A stretch of DNA of 64,000 bases. Origin: Phoronis australis. Lineage: Eukaryota; Animalia; Phoronida. Under the pieces are notes generated by a model. That model made no database searches. It was not told the DNA's origin and saw nothing but the letters and a program-made list of their open reading frames with translations. Shown piece by piece: positions 40,285 to 51,690 of this stretch. A program made the position numbers and the translations under genes. Where the stretch lies: contig NMRA01000125.1 of assembly GCA_002633005.1 (NCBI GenBank), forward strand, positions 715,566-779,565, given 5' to 3'. The stretch's first letter is position 1; each line of letters starts with the position of its first letter.

Positions 40285-40327
40285 GTTATGATATTTGAAG
40301 TCGCCAAATAACACTCAGTGTTAAAAT

Positions 40328-41596
40328 ATGGCTGGCCTTGTTGTGAACTCAACGGACACGTCAGTTGTAGGAGAGACTTTGCAAGATATGGAGAACAGCA
40401 TGACCACAATTGGAGCCGTTATCTCGAGTATGAACAACCTGTCAAATGATCTTGATGGCAATGCATTTGGGCCCAAACCGTTCAACGTGGTGTGGCTACG
40501 TGTGATTTTTATCTTTTTATACTGTATAATTTTCCTGATTGGAGTCAGTGGCAACTTCTTAGTCATATTTGTTGTGTTACGCAACAAAGCTATGAGAACG
40601 ATTACCAATATCTTCATCACCAATCTAGCAGCCAGCGACATCATGTTCTGCTTAGTCATTGCATTCACGCCCATGGCGGCATTGATGGATTCGTGGCCGT
40701 TTGGATCCGGCTTGTGCCACATTGCACCGATGATATCGGCGGTCAACGTGTTTGTCTCCACGTTGACATCAGTAGCCATTGCTGTGGATCGATACTTCGT
40801 GATCGTCCATCCGTTCAAACAAAGAATCAAGGTTTGGCTGTGTATCGTGTTTATCATGGCTATATGGCTCATTGCCGTCAGCACCTCGCTCCCCATCCCC
40901 GTGTATATGAAACACTATTATTTTAAGGGTTCTTATAAGTGCGAGGAAAGCTTTCCTGGAAATGGAGAACCGTCCAGATTCTACACTCTGATGCTTATGA
41001 TCCTTCAGTACATCGTACCATGCATCATTATCGTCTATTGTTATACCGCAGTCAGCATGTCATTGAAAAAAAGATCCCTGATGAAACTCGGCTCGAAGAG
41101 TCGGGAACGCGAGGAGATGGAGATCAAGCGCAAGCGCAAAACCAACCGGATGTTGATTTCTATGATCGCTATCTTTGTTGTGTGCTGGTTGCCCCTCAAT
41201 TTGTACCACCTCATTACGTCATTCATGACCACGGACAAGGCGACAAGCAAAGAATCAGTTCTGTGCTTTTTGATAACTCACATCATCTCGGCGTCGTCCA
41301 CTGTCTATAATCCGTTCCTATATGCTTTCATGAACGACAACTTCAGGAAGGAATTTAACCAAATCATCCCCTGTCTCTTCCGAAGTGTTGAGAGTCGAGG
41401 GGCAACTGGTGGATCGACCTATACGGCAGTTGAAACGCAAAATTCCTTTGTTAATCGATCGCCGTCGCGAGAAATCATTAACAATCAAAGTGCAGCGAAC
41501 GGAAACGGAAACTATAACACCATGAAAGGAGCAACTGCAAGCTACGACGCAGAAGCAGAACAAATACATCTTCACGTTGGAGAAAACGAGGCCTAA
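40328..41596 (+). CDS. Class A (rhodopsin-like) neuropeptide GPCR, short neuropeptide F receptor / prolactin-releasing peptide receptor-like; 422 aa, intronless CDS
   Basis: Seven hydrophobic helices with canonical motifs: GN (TM1), TNIFITNLAASD (TM2), WPFG..LC (ECL1/TM3), STLTSVAIAVDRYFVIVHPF (TM3), W in TM4, CEE in ECL2, QYIVP (TM5), KRKTNRMLISM..CWLP (TM6), H..SSTVYNPFLY and NDNFRKEF (TM7/H8). N-glycosylation sequons at N7 and N37. The motif set resembles sNPFR/PrRPR-type receptors as recalled; orthology was not tested. Confidence 0.95.
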   Translation: MAGLVVNSTDTSVVGETLQDMENSMTTIGAVISSMNNLSNDLDGNAFGPKPFNVVWLRVIFIFLYCIIFLIGVSGNFLVIFVVLRNKAMRTITNIFITNLAASDIMFCLVIAFTPMAALMDSWPFGSGLCHIAPMISAVNVFVSTLTSVAIAVDRYFVIVHPFKQRIKVWLCIVFIMAIWLIAVSTSLPIPVYMKHYYFKGSYKCEESFPGNGEPSRFYTLMLMILQYIVPCIIIVYCYTAVSMSLKKRSLMKLGSKSREREEMEIKRKRKTNRMLISMIAIFVVCWLPLNLYHLITSFMTTDKATSKESVLCFLITHIISASSTVYNPFLYAFMNDNFRKEFNQIIPCLFRSVESRGATGGSTYTAVETQNSFVNRSPSREIINNQSAANGNGNYNTMKGATASYDAEAEQIHLHVGENEA

Positions 41597-42251
41597 GATG
41601 TGCACCATAAACTAGTGTGCACGTACTGAGTATCAGTGCCCATGCATTGGCGAAGATGATGTCTCGTTTCGCTGTTTACGTAGCGTTAGAAGACATGCAT
41701 CCGGTCTCGATAAACAGGTCTACTTGCAATGAGACGGCTTTGCTTCCATTTTCAGACGTTCGCTGCATATCTGGTTGTATGTCTGTCTCGTGATTCCCGT
41801 GACTTCACTCTAAGAGTTATGAGGACTACAACACTGCAAAAGTGTTGGGTCTCAAATGAAACAAAGAATTTTACGAGAATGTTAATGATGCGGATACGAG
41901 AAAGGTAACGGATTTTCTTCGTTAACATCATCGATCTAGTCACATGGTGGGTCAAATGTGTCATCCGACGATTGTCGGGTAATTTTGCTAACCTGAACGA
42001 CGCGATAACGAGGCGCTGAGAAAAGCTTAGCCTTGCGTGTCTGAGTTTTTTGCTTCTATGACTTGCATCTTTCAGAAAAAATATGGTTGTTTTGTGATCG
42101 CGGTCCTTTATTAAGACGGGCGTTTTTTCTCGGATTTTTCGCCTTCCGTTCTGGTTTCGAAGGATTAGCTAGAAATGAGTCGGGGATATTCACCAGTCTT
42201 TAAGAATATCAAGATGATTATGGGTTGCGGAAACCTCTTCAGATAAGGTGG

Positions 42252-42257
42252 AATAAA
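42252..42257 (+). other. Candidate polyadenylation signal for the GPCR mRNA
   Basis: First AATAAA noticed downstream of the stop codon, about 655 nt after it. No transcript evidence. Confidence 0.25.
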
Positions 42258-43270
42258 CACCTAACCTTGATTTATGGTTATTTCACCAAAAGCTGGCTTG
42301 GTCACCTACTAATGCACCAACAGTATCTCCGGTCCCCTGTGACTGGTTTAACACGTACGTTACTCACACTAACTAATTAAGCAGGTTTTGTAAGGATTTT
42401 CCAAACTTGCTCAATTTTAGTGCTCACTGCAGTGGCTGGTCCTTGTTTCACTTTACATTTTTAAATGGCCAAATCGTTGGATAATATTCGATAATAGGTC
42501 CAAACCGGGTTCAATGTATTGTCTTTGACTACACGTCGGCGCTAAGTCACAACGTACCCAAGTATGACGTTTATAATTTATGCGAAGTTGTAATACAGTT
42601 AACGTAACTGTGAACCTCAAAACAAAAAAATAACATTTTTTTTGATAAATGCTTCCTTTAATATATTAGCTTTGATTTAGCATTTTATAGGAATCGAGAC
42701 AAATTCAAAAACACGCGTTTTAGAGGTTTTTCACTAACCACATTCCTCCGTCGTATCTCTTCTATTTCTGTCTATGATTTAGTCCAGTCCAATGACTCAG
42801 TTACACTCTCGGTAATTTCCGCGATCGGCCATCACCACCGAGCGTTTTAAAGCTACCGTCATTTTTGTAAGTCAACATTCATTCATAGGAGCTGTGAATC
42901 GAATCTGAAATATATAAAAATGTAAGCAATGGCGTAATATGTCGAGAATTCATATTTGTAAGCATAATAGGCAGAAGCTACAATTTATTGCGTCAGTGAA
43001 CTCGCTGATTGTTGCATGCATTCGGCTTCTCAGTGTATTTCACACCTCCAAAATCCTGGACCCGGGGATCCAGGTCATCTGCGATACGCCAACTACGGAT
43101 TTATATCTACCATCAGACATTAGTTATGAGGACCACAAACAACACGACACTCGGTTAGTAAACTGATATTTGACCTCTGGTAGTACCCGCCCTATGGATT
43201 ACGAATATGGAAAATCAGACACTTCAGTGTCTCCGATAAAATGAACGAAAGGTCCTCCCGTTCCTGACTA

Positions 43271-43711
43271 CGTCGTGACACCATTCAAGAGTCTATTAAA
43301 TGTAAGCCGTTACATGCTTGTAGGTCATGGTAATATATTACTACAATACAATTACTCTGTATTACTCTTCAACAAGCCCGCAATGAGACGGTCTTTTGTT
43401 TGAGCAACGAGAACAAGTGCGAAGTCGCGATACCTAGGAGTTCTGGGATAGCGGTACTTTCATCTCAGGCTGCCGCTTTGTAAATTCGGCGCAAAATACA
43501 GATTGCCGCTAGTCTTGAAGCTGAATATAAGCCAAAATCTTGACAACAAGAGTGAACATCGACTTGATCCTGGAGCGCACTATAACACGCATGCAGGACT
43601 CGTTGAAGAGTGATACGGTGTGTAATGTATTGTAGTAATACATGTATATCACAGCGAGCGGCAAGCATGTAACGGCTTGCATTTAATAGACTCTTGAATG
43701 GTATTACGGCG
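43271..43711. mobile_element. Foldback/MITE with ~115-bp inverted arms
   Basis: Arms about 43271-43385 and 43590-43711: ACCATTCAAGAGTCTATTAAATG.AAGCCGTTACATGCTTG...TTACTACAATACA...ACTCTTCAAC match in inverted orientation; spacer about 200 bp. Confidence 0.88.
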
Positions 43712-44206
43712 TTTGGAACTGGTGAAAGATCACAGTTTTGCGAACTTGATTTGTACAAGAAAGGAAACCAACAGACAGGGATATAGTTCTATTTCGCAAT
43801 GTGAAAGTGGTTCAAAGTAGCAACAAAAAATCATAGCTAAATCTCGCCCTAGCTCGGTCATTTCTTGACGCATCTCGCAGGGCAATTCTCTAAGTATTTT
43901 TTTTCTGTGCTTTTTAAAAATTCTCCATGATGTCGGTTCTGTATTTTATTTACGCCACTCCCTCGTGGTAACAACCCTTCTCGATAAAGCCGCCTTGACC
44001 TAGTTTAAAAGACATACAATCTCCGCCTACAGTTATTCACGTGATTTTAACCCGCATTCTGACAGACTCGATTAGGTCGTTAAAACTGATTCAAGGCTAT
44101 TCCTAAATTTCTGCATTGTGCAATACCCAAATTAATCATACATGTATGCTGAAATTATAAATACCCTGCTCGAGTTACTGTGAAGATTACTTGCTCTCAC
44201 AGTTAA

Positions 44207-44753
44207 GAAACCCCTGAAAGTTCTTATAAGATGAGAAATGTGCACTCCTCAATCACCGCCGTGCGTTATTGCCGATTTTTCGCGTTGCGACTTTGGAGTT
44301 TATTTTAATTTTTGAACATGGATTTCTCGGCGATGACATGAAATTTCGAATGCTTGCTATTTGATACCTTTCAAAGGAAACCGGATCTCAAAACCTCGAT
44401 TTAGGTCCTTGTTTTCCGGGACGAAGCCTTCAAAAATCAAAAGTACGACGTTTTTGCTCAAAATGCTCTAAAACCTCGATAATCAAAAAACTAAGACCTA
44501 TTTCAGATATTCGAATCACAGTTTCCTCAAATATGTCATGATCATCGTGTTGACAAAAGACCAATATGATCGGAGGAACAATATTTTTAAAATCTCTGTT
44601 CAAATTCAAAAAATCACCAAAACCCATATCGGTAAAAATTGAATACAAGTAAAAAAGATTAATAAATTTTGTTAGGAAATTCATTCACCTTTCAGAAAAT
44701 ATGTACTTTGTAGGGGTTACAGCTAGCAGAATTTAAGATACGTGTAATTGTTC
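44207..44753. mobile_element. Degenerate TTAA-flanked TIR element (Kolobok-like)
   Basis: TTAA|GAA...TTC|TTAA ends; ACCCCTGAAAGT near the left end matches inverted ACTTTGTAGGGGT near the right end, with a deletion in the left TIR. Confidence 0.45.
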
Positions 44754-46748
44754 TTAAATACAACCTGGCTAAATAAGGTTCGTACATGTAGTTACCTAAC
44801 TTTATAAGTGCAAACAGCATATGCGCGATGGTGTGTACTGGTCCAGCGTGCGACCAACAGATCATGAGAAATAAATGGTCTGTGCGGATGGTTTTAATAA
44901 TCCCCTTTTCTTTATATGCTTACCTGCAGGTACCTTAACCGCATCACACCATTCATTTTACGTGGGATCGGTAGTCACGTAATCGAATTGACTGTGTAGC
45001 TAATTTCATTACTATTTTTGTCAATTATAAAACCGAGAAGCGTTCTGAAGTCCAGTTACAAATGTGAGCTGCACCAGGGAGGAGGGTGGTAGGTATACAT
45101 GTATGTTGTAGGTGGGAAGCTTGGGTCACTCAAACGTGATCTCTAAACCATCACAGGTGATCTGTATCAAATTAAATGTAACGGATAAAACAAATCGGAA
45201 CAAAATCGGTTCAATGCAGAATCAATTGCCTCTGAAAGACAAGCTGCGATTGGTCCATTTTCAACTTGAGTCTCCAGTTAAACTTCAACGGTACCAGACC
45301 CTAACTCCAAACTGTATCAGTACTCGAAAATGTAACGATGAACGTTAGAGCCCCTTACTGAAGACAATTTCATTTTGGCCTGCTTTCAGTACAGTTAATC
45401 TGTTTGCATTAAGGGGGTTCGTACGAAACCATGCGAATGAATGTCTTCAATGATGTCAGTGGAGTCTTAAAATGGCACTTGTAACACTTCAACCAATGTT
45501 CAATTAATCGCTGTGTTGGATTCATGTATAAGTAAGTGTACAATGCTTTGAATATGGCACTTCACCGTACAATATGCGGTTATTGTATAAGAAAATCAAA
45601 TCGGTCACGGTCTGCGTTCGGAAGTATGTTAGGAACGGAGACAGTGGTCGTGCAGTTCTTGTTGGTCGAATTTGTGAGTCACCATTTTGATCGCTTTCAT
45701 GTGCTTTGTTATTAAATGTCTGCACCCTGTTCCTCCTGTGTGTTGTTTCCTAAAATAAAGCGTTGTTGTCCCAACAACTTGTGTTACTTAATTAAATTGA
45801 AATGCTGTAGACGGACGTTCGTTAATGTCGAGTGACCGTCCGGGGCGTGGCCCCAACCGGTCCAGTCAGTGATCATCATGTGAGCGCTGTCTGGGTGCTG
45901 TTACAACTGAAAGCTCTTAGGGACGGACACTATTCTCCAACACAAACTTAATACTATACCCCGCTGAACCAAATAAAGAATCAATTTGTTTGTTGATGAC
46001 AATGCTCCGGTGGCTTGGCCGCTTTTACACAGCAAGTCGTTGGACTATAGCTGAGTTACTTACAAAGCCAGTTGCTGCAACAGTTTCATATCCATAAGCG
46101 ACCACCAGATTTTCCGTTCCACAAAATCCGTCTGGGAAAAAGTTCTGCTGTAACAATCGATGCGCTTCACATTTGGATTTTCATGAATTCTCGTGGCATA
46201 CATTCGAATCCTGCTTTCAATAGTTCCCCTTCACCTACCATTGAATTAACGTAGTTGACATCGGCACTCACGCAGCCGCCTCGATACCAGGTAGGCTTCA
46301 GTTTGATTGCAACTGAAACTAATTATGGAAACTAATTATGATTTTTTCATGGTTTCTGACCACTACAGAAATTTTACTATTGGAATGGCTACAAACTTGC
46401 CAGACGCCTCAGACACTCCATTATAGGCACAACGCTTTGTCACTGAAATAGCGGCGCACACTCATCCCAAGATCCGGTGACGTCATCGCCTTGTGCCTTC
46501 AACTTCCTTAATTTAAATTTTGAATTTTCTCCATAGACGTATCATATATTGCCATTGCAGTTCTTTGGAATCCAATTGAATAACGTTCCCAGTGCCTATG
46601 TTTTCCCCTAAAGCACCATAATGTGTTCTTGTCAGTTGTCATCGTAATTTAAACGTGCATCTTGAGCTTGGCACAGCGCAATACAACGGCGGTTTTCATT
46701 GGCTGTCAGCTAGCATTTTTAACAAGGAAGTAAGGGCAGATATACTTA

Positions 46749-47328
46749 CCTCGCTGGTTCCCTGCGTGCTGCTAGGTGGTCGGTAGCCAGCACGCAGGTA
46801 TCACTTAATTTTCCTCGGGAATTTTTTTCACACCGTCGTTTCTGATTGGCTAGTCGAATTTTCAACAGGCAGCGCTTTACACAAGCAAACTGATATAACT
46901 GATGATGGACTGAAGAGTAAATGTGGTCTGTTGGGCAGACAAATCGGTGCTTAAATTTACATGTATGTTCAGGAATTGTGAATCCTAGAAATTATGGTTG
47001 CGCCTTTTCGGAGTGCATCTTTCTACTGTCGATGACTTTTGTTTACGATACTGTCATGTATTCATAAATTATGAATAACACGGGCTAGATATGTATTTAT
47101 TGTACGTGTATGTGCTTCAAGCACACGGCTATTAAACATTACTGCAGAAACAAAATAGTTGATGCGACGCCACTTGCATGACAAGACTAAAAATCGTTCA
47201 CAGTCTGCCATTTATTTACGGTGTTGTAAAGCTAACCAATGACTGGTGAGGTTACACCAACCAATGCTAAAGCGCGTGCCAATGCGTGATACCTGCGTGC
47301 TGGCTAGGCACGCAGGGGACCAGCGAGG
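46749..47328 (+). mobile_element. ~580-bp MITE with hairpin-containing TIRs, copy 2 (8-bp TSD TATACTTA)
   Basis: TIRs CCTCGCTGGTTCCCTGCGTGC / GCACGCAGGGGACCAGCGAGG; TATACTTA at 46741-46748 and 47329-47336. Confidence 0.95.
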
Positions 47329-47977
47329 TATACTTATAAAGTAAATAAATTCGGTAAAGCGAACGTTGGATGTCTCTGGTGAGCTAACTACTTAAATTGT
47401 GAAATTATCAAAGCGTTAGTCTGCAATGGATGTAATTATCGGCTCCTAATTATTATAAAAATAAACACAACTTAAGAATGGCCTCTCATTTTTCCCGAAC
47501 CTACTTTTGGGACAGCATTTTTTACCCATGATGCAGCTGGAGAGCCACAGACAGATTGCACTTTTACAGCTTTGCTTAGTCAGACCTGAAGTAGTTTTTC
47601 CTTCAGGTATTGATGTGAGACAGAGCCTTGTAAAATATAAAAATAATCAATAATGGAAATCTCAATCCCTTCTTAACTCTCAGTACTGCGCGTTTCACAG
47701 TGTGACATCTGTAGAATTGATGATGACAGGTCCCGGGGCCTTGAGCATCCAGAAGTTTAGGGGGCACTGCTAGTTTCAATTACCCAGCCTCGATCATCAC
47801 CTCCCTCCCCTGCACACAGTATTCACTTCCCAGAACAACACGATTTTTGACTCTCGGTCGCCGCTATTCTCTGGCCACACACCATTGCCATAAATATTAC
47901 TCCCCATTGCCCTCTGTCACAAAGTTCGATGCTATGGTCTTGAGGAGGGGTCCCCGCACAAATCGAGGGTCCTTAGA

Positions 47978-48356
47978 CATTTGAACAGCTTGGGTATTTT
48001 GTAGCCTCAAATTTTTCCTCAAAGACTTATGCAACTTGCGCATTTGCAATCATACGGTAAGATATATGACTCAAAGTGGAAAAATGATTGGCCGTAATGA
48101 CCGAAATTTGTTCATGCACCTATAACATTCACCTCAACTGGAATACGGATCACCTCAGGTATTTAGAAGCCTCAAATTTCCTATAGGATGTGAACAGTGC
48201 CTGTGCGCATACATGTAAGAACTCCTTGCAGTCAGACTGTTATTCTAAAAATGAAAATCACTTGACTTGTTATATTACGAAAGTTCGTGCACGCAGATAA
48301 GCTTCACCTCCGAGTGGAAATTTGAGGTTACGACAATACCTGAGGTGTTCTAACTG
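47978..48356. mobile_element. Same TIR family as 17069-19063, short copy with CA...TG ends (Tc1/pogo-like)
   Basis: GGTATT(TT)GTAGCCTCAAATTT at about 47993 and 48158 and inverted at 48316-48347; the right end reads CAGTTAGAACACCTCAGGTATT on the minus strand; GCAGATAA..TTCACCT is shared with about 17180. Confidence 0.6.
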
Positions 48357-48535
48357 TTCCGAGGAAAATTGAGCCATGAGCTTTAGCCTAATGGACAATC
48401 TAGTACTGGGGGAATACCCACCCACTAAACAGTGGGTTCAAAAAGACCCATGGAATGGGAGTTAAATGAAATGTATCTCTTTCATGATTTTTATTCCTAA
48501 ACCACCGCCCATTTTGCCAAAATCTTAGGCCCTTC

Positions 48536-48692
48536 CAAGGCGGATACAGGATTTTGAGTTGGGGGGGGGCAGGGTAGGGTATTAGCCAGGATTTTGTCCA
48601 TCCGCCTTTTGCACCCCCGAACTGCCAAATGGAATCTGGGAGAATTTTAGGGGGCCATGGCCCCCATTGGCCCCCCTCTAAATGCGCCACTG
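48536..48692. mobile_element. GC-rich hAT-like MITE remnant
   Basis: The right end reads CAGTGGCGCATTTAGAGGGGGGCCAATGGGGGCCATGGCCCCC on the minus strand; the left end CAAGGCGGATACAGG is degenerate. Confidence 0.45.
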
Positions 48693-48962
48693 TTTTCATA
48701 GTGGTTTTGGACAGCTTTTTAACCCTCTAAACTTGTCCAGAGGTACTTGGCATGTAGATTCCAAATTGTTAAAAGTACTGATATTAAAGTCTGTCCATAT
48801 TTTCGTAGTTAGAAAATGGTACCTAGGGTTTTTGACTCCCAGAATGAAACATGTTGTATTAATGTGAAAACCTAAGCCTTGTGACTACTGACTGAAGAAA
48901 TATCCAATCCTTCCTAGGCACAAGAAACCGTCAGTTTGAGTTAAGTGATCCGACTCAGTGAA

Positions 48963-49106
48963 CATGGGCACCGCACCATAGGGGGCTGGGGGGCTATAGC
49001 TCCCCACTTTTTTCAGTGCTACGCCGCACATGATCTATAGGCGGTGCACCAAAGGGGGGCTGATGGGGCTTTAGCCCCCACTTTTTTCAGTGCTGCGCCA
49101 CCCATG
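48963..49106 (+). mobile_element. Dimeric MITE of ~70-bp units, copy 2
   Basis: CATGGG...CCCATG termini, two tandem units, flanks GTGAA / TTGAA (4/5 match, possible 5-bp TSD). Confidence 0.75.
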
Positions 49107-50382
49107 TTGAAAGTTTTGCCACACGTTGGACACAGGATTTGAAATGTAGTATAGTTTATTTGCAAGCATTTTTTCAACGAAACAGCTTCGTAACTTGTAG
49201 TCGCGTAGAATGTCCCATTTTATATGTTCCAAGCCAACTCTACTGCACAGCTTTGATTACAGAGAACCTTGATAGTTCCATTGGGCTCTTCAGTCAGAAA
49301 GGTTCCGTGTTGCAGTTTGACTGAAGTTAGCAGATGATCACTGCAAACGACAACATTAGACATCATGTGTTCGTGGAAAAATAAATAGTCGACGACTCAA
49401 AGCCTATGAGTGGAAGACTTGCATAGATGGCCTTATTATAGAGAATATGCCCGTCTGAAGGTTACTTAGCCATTGCCAGAGTCCGTGTGGACGGGGTGCA
49501 TTTCTTTTGGATGGAACTACATGTATAAAGCGATTCAGTTTTGTTACAAAACTACTGAAGAGTTTGCAAGTGAGGCTTGTTAGGCTAAAAAAGAATATAG
49601 GTCAGAGAACTTTTTAGTGGAAACTTGATGAACTGTAAGTAAGGTCTTTGCCTAATACTAGTAATGTCCGCATTGTTCATAGATGATCGTAATGAAATGG
49701 CTTTCACAAATGGCTGGGGTTTGATCTTACACACTATACCAACGGGTGGGTTCCGAATTTCACAGCTGAACACCCCCTCAAAATAGTCGATTACCCCGTC
49801 TATCGCGAGTCAAGGGGCTGCTGATTGGTAGTATGATTTCAGTCATATAGCCTACATGTATGTCTGGAGGTTTACGACCGCTGACTGTATTCCCATGGTC
49901 TTAACTAAGCCAATGCAGAATATAAAAGAATAGCAGTATATATTAAAATATCCTAGATGCCGACTAGAGGGTAACATTCGCGGTAATGCCTGTGCAATTG
50001 GATGTTCCGGGCATCATTTTCTACATACACTTCGCATTTGTGAAGAAAACGTGGCGGTAAAAAATGAAAATTGATATTAGCAATCAGGAAAATTCCTCGG
50101 TATTTTTTAGCAAGTCGGAGCGCGGCCATTTCTGAAATTCGTTACTTTGCAAAATGGCATCCATTATAAGTATATTTCATACCTATATGTTTTGAGGGTT
50201 GAGCATAAATGAAACAAAATCATTTTCTAAGTAAGTCTTTGTTTCTGTAGCATACTTAACAATGCGGTAGCATTTGCATAATTCTTCTTTGGCAAAACGG
50301 AGTTCACATGTACATGTACGTACACTGTACATGCATAGAAGCCAATAACAACAGTACACCCATAAGTTTACATCATTCGAAC

Positions 50383-51297
50383 CTTTCGCCAGACAACTGG
50401 TCATTTTCCCTTTCATCCTCTTCACAAACTTCAGTGATCGTGAGATCAATCACTGAGGTTTGGAAGGGTAAGGCAGTATTATAAACACACTGAATTTAAC
50501 AGTCCTTCATCTCCCATCCACTATCAGATAACTCGTCGTTTTCCTCTTTCATCCTCTTCACAAACATCAGTGATCGTGATATAAATCACTGGGTTTCGTA
50601 AGGACAATAACACACTAGATCTAACAGTCCTTCATCTCCCAGACACCGTTTTATCATTACCGCATTCTCCTGGAGCGTACAGGCGTAGAAGCAAGAAATT
50701 TTCACTGTCACGATTTAATCAAGAATCGCGCTCGATTAAACTCGTTGAGAACGCCTTTTGTGTCTGTACACAATTCTGTGGTTAAGCTGGTCAGAGCTTA
50801 CAGTCACACAAAGGAATCAACAGGTGAATGTTAACTTTTTTAATTTCTCTGAAAGTCAACTGTTTTCCTCCATTTCAAATTTGTGGTGAAAGTATTTCAT
50901 ACACCACACATCTGCTCCACGACATTTGTTGAAAATCGTTTGCAAATAGTATTATTAAATGTCGGTTAGCGTCAGGCGCGCTGTTTACAAGATAATTGCT
51001 GGATTAAGTGAACATTCGATGAAAAGAGACATGAAGAGAGCTGGATTATTTAAACATCGGTTTCCAACTGTCAAACTAATGATGACACGGCTGTATCCCG
51101 ACTGGCCGATCAGTCAGTCGGGATACTCATTCCACTGCGCTGGTGCGTAACGTTTTTATAAACTTTCGTCAGACAACAGGTCATTTTCTCCTTTCATCCT
51201 TTTCACAAACATCAGTTACCGTGAGATCAGTCTCTCAGTTTGGAAGGTTAGCGCAATATACATAAACACAGGTTCTACTAGTCCTTCATCTCTCATC
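50383..51297 (+). repeat. Three local copies of a ~135-bp hairpin-containing unit (50383-50516, 50525-50640, 51163-51297)
   Basis: CTTTCATCCT.TTCACAAAC.TCAGT...GTTT..AAGG...AACAC...AGTCCTTCATCTC present in all three. Confidence 0.88.
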
Positions 51298-51690
51298 AAT
51301 ATTTCTTGTCATAACATTTAACTGCATGCGCCAGCATGCCACAAGTTCATGACCATGCTGGGTGATTTCCCTGTGTGCCACATGACTTTTGTGCAGACAG
51401 GTATAGCGAGAGTCGAACAAAGTTAATTTTAGACTTTTGAATGCGATCTTCCTCAGCCATATTGCACAATATGTTTTGGCTCGATATGATTTACGACTAT
51501 GATCATGAGTACAGTATATGCTGGCTACTTCCTCCTATAGGTACTCTTTCTTTGTGGAATCGCACCAAAACCGACACTAAGTTGCGTGAATTCATTGCGA
51601 AACTCTGTGATCATTTCAAACTGTTTAGACGCCTCGCCATCGCTGGCTCTAGTAAATGCACGCATGTACCCCGAGTTGTAGAACGTCACA

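Noticed and set aside
40321-41608. Overlapping ORFs on the opposite strand and in alternative frames of the GPCR (191, 144, 123, 96 and 69 aa)
   Set aside because: Typical shadow ORFs of a real CDS; no recognisable domains.
5956-46485. Perfect CRE palindromes TGACGTCA at about 5956, 6122, 24077 and 46478
   Set aside because: Few, scattered and not tied to a known transcription start.
50440-50448. TGAGATCA (bantam miRNA 5' end) in the hairpin repeats
   Set aside because: Lies in the loop, the downstream sequence does not match bantam, and copy B lacks it.
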